DNA from: Myxococcota bacterium
Lineage (GTDB): Bacteria; Myxococcota_A; Bradymonadia; UBA7976; UBA1532
NCBI GenBank assembly: GCA_036337435.1
Contig: JAYZEG010000058.1
Location: forward strand, 160,001 to 224,000
Direction: 5' to 3'
Length of the DNA stretch: 64,000 nt
Part shown: one piece after another, positions 49,214-58,600 of the stretch
Layout: every line of letters begins with the position of its first letter
How positions within the stretch are numbered: the stretch's first letter is position 1
Notes under the pieces: model-generated
The model's input: the letters and a program-made list of their open reading frames with translations, nothing else
Told to the model about the DNA's origin: nothing
The model's database searches: none
Program-made: the position numbers and the translations under genes

Positions 49214-49961
49214 CGGATGGTCTCCGATTAATCGACGACGCTGCGTAGCCAGCACCAAAACCATTGTCAATGTTGACTACGGTTACACCGGCTGCACAGC
49301 TATTTAACATGCCGAGTAAAGCGGTCATGCCATTGAAATTAGCGCCGTAACCAATACTTGTTGGAACAGCAATCACCGGCCTTGACACAAGGCCGGCGAC
49401 AACGCTCGGAAGGGCTCCTTCCATCCCCGCACAGACGATGATGACGTTGGCAGAACGAATCAGATCTAAGTGATTCAAAAGTCGATGAAGTCCAGCGACT
49501 CCAACATCCGTTAAACACGTGACCTGATTCCCATCAAGTCGCGCCGTAATCATGGCCTCGAGCGCAACGGGCAAGTCGCTGGTACCGGCAGAAATCACGA
49601 GGATCTGGCCAACACCACGATCATCAACATCCGCCTCCGTATATAAACAGCGAGCCAGTTCATCATAAATGAGTGGGACATGAACACACTGGCTGATGAT
49701 GATTTTTGCGGTGTCTGGTTCGACTCGCGTAGCCAAGCATGTTTGACCATTGCGCCACAAACTCTCAATGATTTGTCTAACCTGGTCTGCGGATTTCCCA
49801 GGTCCAAATATGACCTCGGGGGTACCACGACGCCGAACGCGTTCGAGATCAACTCGAGCAAAACCCAAGTCGTCTTCTGATGACTTGTTCAACAACCCAA
49901 ATGCGGTGTCCACGTCCAGTTGGCCCGACTGAAGTTTTTCTAAGATAGATTTAAGGTCCAT
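49206..49961 (-). CDS. larB: nickel pincer cofactor biosynthesis protein LarB
   Basis: AGTSD.PVA.EA, DVGVAGLHRL, AGMEGAL.SV, VPTS.GYG, VNIDNGFGA. Confidence 0.96.
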   Translation of the reverse strand: MDLKSILEKLQSGQLDVDTAFGLLNKSSEDDLGFARVDLERVRRRGTPEVIFGPGKSADQVRQIIESLWRNGQTCLATRVEPDTAKIIISQCVHVPLIYDELARCLYTEADVDDRGVGQILVISAGTSDLPVALEAMITARLDGNQVTCLTDVGVAGLHRLLNHLDLIRSANVIIVCAGMEGALPSVVAGLVSRPVIAVPTSIGYGANFNGMTALLGMLNSCAAGVTVVNIDNGFGAGYAASSINRRPSDD

Positions 49962-50188
49962 ATTCTTCCTGACATAGAATGCACTCGGCGGTGCTGTATG
50001 CCAATCTGCCTTTTCATTGAGCGCAAAACCGAGCGTTTAAATAGCAAGTCAGATTGATTCTCGTGCACCCTTTGTTCCCATAAATGTCTATCACTGATCA
50101 ATCCTCCTGATGACCGAGTGTAAAACTATTTGACTCTCTCTCTGGTTGGTTTTTTTAACGTGTCACCCATGAGAGTGAAACGAACATC

Positions 50189-50217
50189 TTGACAAGATTC
50201 AAAAAACTACTTAGGTT
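50189..50217 (+). promoter_or_regulatory. putative sigma70 promoter of rho
   Basis: TTGACA-N17-TAGGTT followed by a GC-rich discriminator. Confidence 0.65.
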
Positions 50218-50379
50218 GCCGCCGCTTTCGGGTATTTTACCTGAATTCTCTCCGGCAAATTTCGAGGACAAAGACCACCTTTCTCACATCGACCGAGTGA
50301 ACCCATTTTAGGCGCATTCAGTGAGGTACCTGCCGGACAGCACAATCGTGCTGAGTGAGAGGGTGATAGAAGGGAAATT

Positions 50380-51627
50380 ATGAATCTTCGAGAGCTTAAA
50401 CAGCTTAAAATCGCAGAGCTGGCCGCAATGGCCCGCGACATGGAGATAGAAAACGCATCTGTTTTGAGAAAGCAGGAATTGATATTTGCGCTTCTCAACG
50501 AGCAGACCAAGAAAAACGAACCCATTTTTGGCGAGGGTGTCTTAGAAATCTTGCCGGATGGATTTGGGTTTCTTCGCGCTCCGGATTACAACTATCTGCC
50601 AGGACCTGATGATATTTACGTATCACCGTCACAGATTCGCCGATTTGGTCTCCGAACAGGCGATACCGTAAGCGGACAAATCAGACCGCCGAAGGAAAGC
50701 GAACGCTACTTCGCGCTGCTGAAAGTTGAAACCATCAACTTCGAAGAGCCTGAAGCATCGAAACGAAAAATCTTGTTCGACAACCTGACGCCTCTCTACC
50801 CGGACGAGCGTCTGGTCATGGAATATCATCCTAAAAATTACAGCACGAGAATTGTCGACCTTCTCGTGCCAATTGGCAAAGGCCAGCGCGCTTTGATCGT
50901 TTCACCGCCGCGCGCAGGTAAAACGGTCCTCATGCAGAATTTGGCCAATGCCATTGTCGCCAACAATCCAGACATCGTGCTCTTGGTCTTACTCATCGAC
51001 GAAAGACCAGAAGAAGTCACTGACATGGAACGAATGGTCCAAGGAGAGGTCGTCAGCTCCACATTTGATGAGCCCGCACAACGACACGTTCAAGTGGCGG
51101 AGATGGTCATCGAAAAAGCAAAACGGCTCGTGGAACACAAAAAAGATGTTGTGATCCTTCTTGACTCGATCACTCGCTTGGCGAGGGCGTACAATACGGT
51201 CGTGCCTCCATCGGGCAAAATTCTGTCAGGTGGTGTTGATTCGAATGCGCTTCACAAGCCAAAGCGTTTCTTCGGTGCAGCCCGCAATATTGAAGAGGGC
51301 GGCAGCTTGACAATTATTGCGACCGCGCTGATCGACACCGGAAGCCGAATGGACGAAGTGATTTTCGAAGAGTTCAAGGGCACGGGTAATAGCGAATTGC
51401 ATCTCGACCGAAAGCTCATGGAGAAACGTATTTTCCCTTGTCTCGACATCAACAAGTCAGGGACCCGGAAAGAAGAGTTGCTGATGAACGAAGCTGATCT
51501 CAATCGAGTTTGGATTCTTCGACAGCTGCTTCACCCACTCAATGTGGTCGATTCCATGGAGTTTATGTTGGACAAAGTCAGTAAGACTGAGAGCAACGGC
51601 GAATTCCTGGAATCTATGTCTGGTTAA
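50380..51627 (+). CDS. rho: transcription termination factor Rho
   Basis: [49 protein letters not shown]. Confidence 0.99.
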   Translation: MNLRELKQLKIAELAAMARDMEIENASVLRKQELIFALLNEQTKKNEPIFGEGVLEILPDGFGFLRAPDYNYLPGPDDIYVSPSQIRRFGLRTGDTVSGQIRPPKESERYFALLKVETINFEEPEASKRKILFDNLTPLYPDERLVMEYHPKNYSTRIVDLLVPIGKGQRALIVSPPRAGKTVLMQNLANAIVANNPDIVLLVLLIDERPEEVTDMERMVQGEVVSSTFDEPAQRHVQVAEMVIEKAKRLVEHKKDVVILLDSITRLARAYNTVVPPSGKILSGGVDSNALHKPKRFFGAARNIEEGGSLTIIATALIDTGSRMDEVIFEEFKGTGNSELHLDRKLMEKRIFPCLDINKSGTRKEELLMNEADLNRVWILRQLLHPLNVVDSMEFMLDKVSKTESNGEFLESMSG

Positions 51628-51657
51628 GTACCGATTTCACAAAAGAAAATGATCATC

Positions 51658-51686
51658 TTGATCCGCGAGCCAGTGATCATTATGAT
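51658..51686 (+). promoter_or_regulatory. putative sigma70 promoter of rpmE-prfA
   Basis: TTGATC-N17-TATGAT followed by GCGCGGC. Confidence 0.6.
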
Positions 51687-51764
51687 GCGCGGCTCAAATG
51701 ATCGTTATGAAAACCACACGTCTCGGTGCTGTAACTCGGCACTGTCACTGTGGGAGGATTGAAA

Positions 51765-52028
51765 ATGAAAGCTGAAATTCATCCAACACTTTATCCTGTT
51801 GTCTTTGTTGATGGAGAACATGAGATCGTAACCCGGTCGACTAAGAAGTCGTCTGAGACACGAGAGATCAATGGCGTGGAGCACTACGTGATTCCGGTCG
51901 ATATCAGTGCGTTCACACATCCATTCTTCACGGGTAAACAACGCATTGTTGACACTGAAGGTCGCGTTGAACGATTCCGACGCCGTTTCGGGTCACGCGG
52001 TGGCAGCAACTCAAACACTGCTGAATAA
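51765..52028 (+). CDS. rpmE2: 50S ribosomal protein L31 type B (no Cys)
   Basis: MKAEIHP...[38 protein letters not shown]. Confidence 0.95.
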   Translation: MKAEIHPTLYPVVFVDGEHEIVTRSTKKSSETREINGVEHYVIPVDISAFTHPFFTGKQRIVDTEGRVERFRRRFGSRGGSNSNTAE

Positions 52029-52041
52029 GCAGGTTAGCTGA

Positions 52042-53112
52042 ATGCAGGAAAAGCTCGCCGAGCTCGCACGTCGTTTCGATGAATTAACAGCTCGGATGGG
52101 CGATCCAAACGTCTATTCAGAGCCAGGGCTTTTCCAAAAAATTGCTCGTGAGGCAGCCGATTTAGAGCCGCTTGTTAAGTGCTGGCGGACCCTAGAGAAA
52201 GTCGTTCAAGAACTGGCTGACGCTCGAGAGCTGCTCGATGCTGAAGACGATTCAGAGATGCGTGCTCTCGTCGAAGATGAGATCACGGACTTAGCCGACC
52301 AAGAAAACACACTCAGAGCAGAACTCCGAATCCTATTACTTCCGAAAGACCCAAACGATTCCAAGAACGTAGTGATTGAAATACGTGCAGGGACGGGCGG
52401 TGAAGAGGCTGCACTGTTCGCAGCGGACCTGTTTAGGATGTACGGTCGCTATGCTGAAAAAGAGGGTTGGCGAGTTGAACGACTCGCTGAATCTGCGAGC
52501 GACACAGGTGGTCTCAAAGAGGTCATCGCACTCGTGAGTGGCAAGGCGGTCTACAGCACACTTAAATTCGAATCGGGTGTCCATCGGGTGCAGCGGGTGC
52601 CAGCGACGGAAAGCCAAGGTCGAATTCATACATCGGCATGTACCGTTGCCGTCCTGCCAGAAGCCGAGGATATCGAACTGGCGATTCCAGATTCAGAGCT
52701 AAGAATCGATGTCTATCGCTCCAGTGGACCGGGTGGCCAAAGTGTAAATACGACAGACAGTGCCGTTCGAATCACACACGTCCCTACGGGCCTGGTTGTG
52801 ACCTGTCAAGACGAGAAAAGTCAGCATAAAAACAAAGCAAAAGCACTCAAAGTCTTAAGAAGTCGCCTTTTGGATCAAATGCAAGCAAGTGCTGCGGCAG
52901 AGCGCTCTGAAGCACGGCGAACACAGGTGGGGTCCGGTGACCGGTCGGAGCGAATTAGAACCTACAACTATCCGCAAAATCGCGTAACCGACCATCGAAT
53001 TGGTCTCACGCTTTACAAACTAAACGAAATCATCGAAGGCGATATCAATCCAGTCATTCTTCCGGTTCGTGAAGCACATCAAGCTGAACTTTTGAATCAG
53101 AAGGGCGAATAG
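52042..53112 (+). CDS. prfA: peptide chain release factor 1
   Basis: EIRAGTGGEEAALF, VPAT (PxT), GPGGQ, DRSERIRTYN. Confidence 0.98.
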   Translation: MQEKLAELARRFDELTARMGDPNVYSEPGLFQKIAREAADLEPLVKCWRTLEKVVQELADARELLDAEDDSEMRALVEDEITDLADQENTLRAELRILLLPKDPNDSKNVVIEIRAGTGGEEAALFAADLFRMYGRYAEKEGWRVERLAESASDTGGLKEVIALVSGKAVYSTLKFESGVHRVQRVPATESQGRIHTSACTVAVLPEAEDIELAIPDSELRIDVYRSSGPGGQSVNTTDSAVRITHVPTGLVVTCQDEKSQHKNKAKALKVLRSRLLDQMQASAAAERSEARRTQVGSGDRSERIRTYNYPQNRVTDHRIGLTLYKLNEIIEGDINPVILPVREAHQAELLNQKGE

Positions 53113-53119
53113 GTCGAAC

Positions 53120-54235
53120 TTGACCGATCTGCAAGAGCGATCGAAGCTAGACGACATGTCAAAGCCTACGACCAAGCGGGCGAAAAGTGCCCACCTCGAT
53201 AAGAAAAGCATCAGGTCCGAATTGTTTTGGGTTGTTGGCTTGACGTTGGTGGTCACGGGTGGCTTGGCAGCCGCTCAATTTTCAATCGGTTGGATCAGAG
53301 AGTATATCTTGGCGGCTGTCGCTGCTCTCTTCTTGTATCTGCCCCTAGAAGTCCTTCATAAAAAAGGAATAGACCCCGCCGATTTCGGCATTAGCAGTAA
53401 ACCAGTTTGGCGGTCAATCAAACACGCTATTTGCGTCAGCATGATCATATTTCCCGGGTATTTTGCTGTCTACCATGTCTGGCAAACCCAGTGGCTCAAT
53501 AATCAGGTCAGAGAAAACTATGAGCGTCTAGATAAATGGCCGATGGAGATCCAAGACCGACCGAAAGTCGCGGACATGCAAGAGGGTGCTGTACGACTTT
53601 ACACGGAAGGCGAACTATTTTGGATTCGCTGGCACTTGCCCCCCGGGCAACAGTTCCATCTCCGCGCCAAAAGCGATGCTGTTTTAGAAACTCACGTGAG
53701 CAGACCCTATCATCGCTCTGAAAAAGAAATTAAGTATCGAGGGCCAAGCGATGGACGAGTTGCGTTCAAAACATCAGGTCAAAACCTCACACTTAACATT
53801 CAAGCCGGTGGGGATGAGCTTCCTGCAGACAGGTTAAAATTAGGTGCAAGTTTAAAATCAGCTGATGAAAATCCGATTTCATTTCACCGCAGTTATTGGT
53901 GGATCATTAATTTACTACTCGTCCAATTTTTACTCGTGGCACTCCCTGAAGAAGTTTTCTACCGAGGTTATCTTCAAACCAGGCTTGACCAACTGTTTCC
54001 AAAGCAAACGAAAGTGATGGGCGTCGATGTAAGCGTGATGAGTCTATTTCTGACCAGCTTGATCTTTGCTGTTGGACATTATGTTACAGTCCCATCACCG
54101 CATAGACTCGCTGTCTTTTTTCCAAGCCTACTCTTCGGATGGATGAGAAAAGCAAGTGGTGGAATACTCGCCCCCCTGATCTTTCATGCCCTTTGTAATC
54201 TTGCCGTTGAATTCGCATCTATGAACTATCACTAG
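53120..54235 (+). CDS. CPBP/CAAX-II intramembrane glutamic endopeptidase, myxosortase (MrtC)-like
   Basis: ALPEEVFYRGYLQ, FAVGH, RLAVFFPSLLFGW, FHALCN. Confidence 0.85.
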   Translation: MTDLQERSKLDDMSKPTTKRAKSAHLDKKSIRSELFWVVGLTLVVTGGLAAAQFSIGWIREYILAAVAALFLYLPLEVLHKKGIDPADFGISSKPVWRSIKHAICVSMIIFPGYFAVYHVWQTQWLNNQVRENYERLDKWPMEIQDRPKVADMQEGAVRLYTEGELFWIRWHLPPGQQFHLRAKSDAVLETHVSRPYHRSEKEIKYRGPSDGRVAFKTSGQNLTLNIQAGGDELPADRLKLGASLKSADENPISFHRSYWWIINLLLVQFLLVALPEEVFYRGYLQTRLDQLFPKQTKVMGVDVSVMSLFLTSLIFAVGHYVTVPSPHRLAVFFPSLLFGWMRKASGGILAPLIFHALCNLAVEFASMNYH

Positions 54236-54246
54236 GCCCGCCAAGT

Positions 54247-54651
54247 TCAGCGAGTCGCTTCAAGTTCTTTCACGCGTTTGAAGTAAGTGTTGCGATCATA
54301 CGGCTCATTGAGAATATGAAATTCTTTTCGAACAAGACCGACGCAACCGTAACAATAGGTACAATTCGAACAATCTTCGCAGTGGGATAAATATTGACTG
54401 TCTACGCAACGAACACTGTTTTTCGTATGGCTGCAACCGTGACAATCCGTACAACGATCAATGTGCGTGCAATGCGTGCACCGCGAACTAGACTGAGCAT
54501 ATTGACAGGCATAACAGGACTCACAGTCATCACAAAACATGCACTGCACACAACCTGTGCAGCCATCTGCGCTAAATGAATCAACATTACCCCGTTCGCT
54601 CAATTTCGTTCGAAGGGCTCTTAATTCTGACTCAAATTCCCTGCTATCCAT
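54247..54651 (-). CDS. small Cys-rich (CxxC-repeat) cytoplasmic protein
   Basis: 18 Cys in period-3 register, ending CYGCVGL..KEFHILN; GAGG SD before MDSREF. Confidence 0.8.
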   Translation of the reverse strand: MDSREFESELRALRTKLSERGNVDSFSADGCTGCVQCMFCDDCESCYACQYAQSSSRCTHCTHIDRCTDCHGCSHTKNSVRCVDSQYLSHCEDCSNCTYCYGCVGLVRKEFHILNEPYDRNTYFKRVKELEATR

Positions 54652-54808
54652 CAAATAAACCTCACTTTGAGGGCACACTAGCGATGGTAGGTTGAGTGTG
54701 CAAGCAATGATATTAAGCTGTTATTTGAAGCGGATGCACAATGCTCGTTACATCTAGACTTTAGCCCTGTAATTTAGATGATAGAGTGTCGGCCAAAAGG
54801 TTTTAAGA

Positions 54809-55690
54809 ATGTCTCTAACAGAAGCGAGCATTGATACTGAACCGGAATCATCTCGTGATGAAACCGCAAACATCGCACTCTTGGTTACGATTCGTGGTCC
54901 AAAACTCGGCCAGAGACGAATTCTGGACCCACTCACGAAAGGGATAAGACTCGGTCGGGACGAAGGCGCAGATATTCCCCTCAATGATGACAGTGTATCT
55001 CGGTTTCATTGTGAGATTATTCGAGAGGAATCGGGCTGGTTTATTACCGATTTAGGCAGTACTAATGGGACCTATTTAGGTCATCAAGTCGTCGATAGAG
55101 CCCCCATCGAAAACGGTGACCTAATCAAGGTCGGCGCGACCATATTTAAGTTTTTATCTACAAAAGACATCGAATCCGCTTTCCACGAAGAAATTTACAG
55201 GATTGCCATCATAGACGGACTCACTCAAATCTATAACAGCCGCTACTTAGATGAGTTTCTAAATCGAGAAATTAGCCGCTGTCGGCGACACGGTCGACCC
55301 ATGTCACTCATCATGTTCGACCTAGACGGTTTCGAAGAGATTAACGAACAATTCGGTCAATTGTCAGGGGATCATGTTTTAAAATTCATCGCAGGAAAGT
55401 TGAATCGACGCATCAGGCGAGAGGAACTATTCGCACGATACAGAGCGGATGAATTCGTTGTCGCCCTCCCAGAGACCGATTTAGACGATGCCCTTAAGTT
55501 CGCAGATATAATAAGAGAGAGCGTTGAAATTATGCCCATCGCATTCGACGGCTGGAAGATACCGGTGAGTATTAGCGTGGGTGTCGGGCGCTTCGATCAT
55601 AAAATGACAAAAGCATCAGAATTACTCGACAATGCCCACGACGCATTAAATCGAGCAAAAGCTAAAGGTCGAAACCAGGTTTCCAGCTAA
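54809..55690 (+). CDS. FHA + degenerate GGDEF domain protein
   Basis: FHA: LGR, VSRFH, DLGSTNGT; GGDEF fold with DGLT.IYN.R but RADEF at the A-site. Confidence 0.88.
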   Translation: MSLTEASIDTEPESSRDETANIALLVTIRGPKLGQRRILDPLTKGIRLGRDEGADIPLNDDSVSRFHCEIIREESGWFITDLGSTNGTYLGHQVVDRAPIENGDLIKVGATIFKFLSTKDIESAFHEEIYRIAIIDGLTQIYNSRYLDEFLNREISRCRRHGRPMSLIMFDLDGFEEINEQFGQLSGDHVLKFIAGKLNRRIRREELFARYRADEFVVALPETDLDDALKFADIIRESVEIMPIAFDGWKIPVSISVGVGRFDHKMTKASELLDNAHDALNRAKAKGRNQVSS

Positions 55691-55697
55691 TACAACC

Positions 55698-58600
55698 ATG
55701 CGAAGGTCCACTTTTTTTGTCTTATTAATCATGGGTTGCTCCGGTAGTTCATCTTTTCAAAGTTGCTCTAGCGAGACCGATTATCAGTTTACGAGAACAG
55801 CAACAAACGTGATCGACGATAGCGTTCAAGGCGTCATAACATCACGAGGTTTTGACTTTATTTATGAAAACAGAGAAACGCTCGTAGGCTTGCTCTTCAA
55901 CATCGATTCAAATGGATGGGCGAGTATTCCAATCTCTGATTTTGGCCGAGATGGCGACAGCATCTCAGTTGCAGCCCGAGACTTAAATCTCGGGGTCGAA
56001 CTGCGCCGAGCAGAATTTGGAATCGAACTACTACCAAATCCATTGGCAATCCGAGTCGATATCCAAAATGCTCGACTCCGATTTAATGCCGGTATAGCGA
56101 GCATCATGGGACTATTCAACGGTGCATGCCTGCTGGGTAATGGGGTTGATCGAGACTCATTAAACGCATCTTTTGCATTGGTGGATTTAACAGTCATCCT
56201 CTATCCATCCATCGATTTGAATGGTTTCTTGAAAACGCGAGTTGAAGTCGAAAATCTCGTTTTAAGCGACATTAATGTAGACTTTATTTTCGATGAGGCA
56301 CTGCCGGAATGCCGCACTTCAAATTGTGCGACTCTTTGCAGCACAGGCGAGCTCGGTGCCGCAGTCACCGAAATTCTCTATGAGGCTTTCAGGGAAGAGA
56401 TCGGCTCATTGATTACTCCCGTGCTCGAAATTATCGTCAACGAGACCCTTGATGAATTAAACGACACGCCACTTCTGTTTGAGGGAGAATTACTTCCAAG
56501 TATTTTGTCGGCTGTTCTGCCATTGCCCCGAGATGCCCTTAAAATAGGTGTGTTGTTGGAACCAGGTTCAAATGCAATAGAGTACATCGCTGGAGCGAAC
56601 GAAAATCCAGGTATTGGTCTGAGATTAAACATTGGGACCGATGGACACGACCATCCATGCGTTCCAGAGCAAGTAGACGAACCTGGATTCCTATCAGGTC
56701 CTGTACCAGACTTGAGCGGGTCTGATCCAAACGGCAACCCAGCCCACTTCGGCATAAGTGTTTCTAATGGCACCATTAATCGGCTGATATGGAGTTTTTG
56801 GCGAGGTGGATATTTGTGCCTTAGACTCGATTCAGACCAAATTGAATCGAGCCTTGGAAGTCGAATCGATTCAGACACATTGTCCATTTTTTTACCGAGC
56901 TTGGCGACCCTCGCGAAACAATCAAAACCCATCATGGTGGTCATTGACCCTGGGTTTAGTTCATCAGATTTCCCACTCACGAAACTTAATAATGTGGAGA
57001 CAGCCGCGTCGATTCCACAAGCGGGCATAGAAATGAAATTGCCTCGACTGGGAATCGATATGTACGTCTATCTCAATGACCGATGGACCCGGATGACTCA
57101 AGTCGTTACCGATGCGGAAATGGATCTTGTGATTCAAGCAGGGGAAAATAATGAACTGATTCTGACAGGTGAAGCACCACGGATTGGGGAGATTCGTGTG
57201 ACCTACAATGAACTCTTAGAATCCGATGATGTCGAGGCGTTATTGAGAGCCATGTTGGATGTAGCAGTTGGTGCATTTTTAAGTGATGGACTCGACTTTG
57301 ACTTCTCTCTGACGGGTCTTATATCGAGAAGCACAGGCCTACCCTATGACCTCAATATCTCGACCATTTCTTCAACGGGAACCGATGGGGACCACCTTGG
57401 GATTTATATGAATCTCATACCTGAGACCAGTTCAAATGCGCTTCGAAGACAAATCCAAACCTGGGCCGAAATTAAGGCTATCAATGGATACGATGCCCGG
57501 CTCAAGGTACGCTCTGAAGGCATTGACAATCCTGCATATCAGTATCGATTCAATGGTGGTATCTGGAGACCAATCCGAGAGGCAGACAGCGGCATCCTAA
57601 GCATTTCAGAACCTCGGTTTGGTCTAAAAACGACACAATTTTTAGAGGTACGAGCTGTAGACAAAGATGATCCGAAAAGAGTCGACCATCGACCAGTAAG
57701 ACTCGTTTATCATCCCGACCTAAACGAGCATTTAAAAGACGAACCTTTATCGAGTGGTCATGGTTGCAACTCAAATCCAAATCGCAATGGTTCAAACATA
57801 GTCTTCTGTCTAAGTGTTTTGATTCTATGTCATCGACGGTTTCGAACCAGGTTAGTGACAGCCATTTTTCTAATCCTGTTCGTTGGGGCTTGCCAAGGTC
57901 CGTCAAAGGCACCTGACTTACCGTGTTCAACGGACGCAGAATGTCCCAGTGGACTTGCATGTCTAGATGACTTTTGCCGGCCTCAGAAACCATGCCAAAC
58001 AGACGATCAGTGCTGCGCCAAGCAAGTCTGTCAACAAGGGAAATGTCGATCCGCACCAACCGATGACTGCCAGAATTCTGGATGCCTAACACACCAGGAC
58101 TGTATCGATGATTACTGTGTCGCACGCGAGTGTGAACAAGATTCTGAATGTCGTGGTGCAAAATGCGTCCGAAATCTATGCCTTGAAAGCACACCATGTG
58201 GCGACCGTTGTACGCCTGAAGAAACCTGTGTTCCTCATCGTAACGTGTGTCGAATTCTCACAGGAAATTGCGCACAGACATGCCCAAGTGGTTCGGTGCG
58301 AGTCGCGTTAAATTCAAGTCAATTGAGTCAATCTGTATGCGATATTGAGGCGGTTGTCTGTGAATGTCTAAGTGCCTTTGGGCAGCATGTGGGTGCCATC
58401 GCACGCGAGGCGGACATGGCAATTGTCGAGGGGCAGCCTGTCTTTGCCGTCTTCGACGCATTCTATGAAGACTTGGTTTTGATCACCGGGCTCGGCACCG
58501 ACTTGGAATCTCATTATTACATGGATGGATTTCCGTCCTCGATAGACCAACCGACACCGAGTTTGACACGCTATGGAGAACAACTGGCGGGTCCTGTGAC

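Noticed and set aside
54430..54460. CTDCH as a c-type heme motif in the Cys-rich protein
   Set aside because: No signal peptide; the motif is a by-product of the CxxC periodicity
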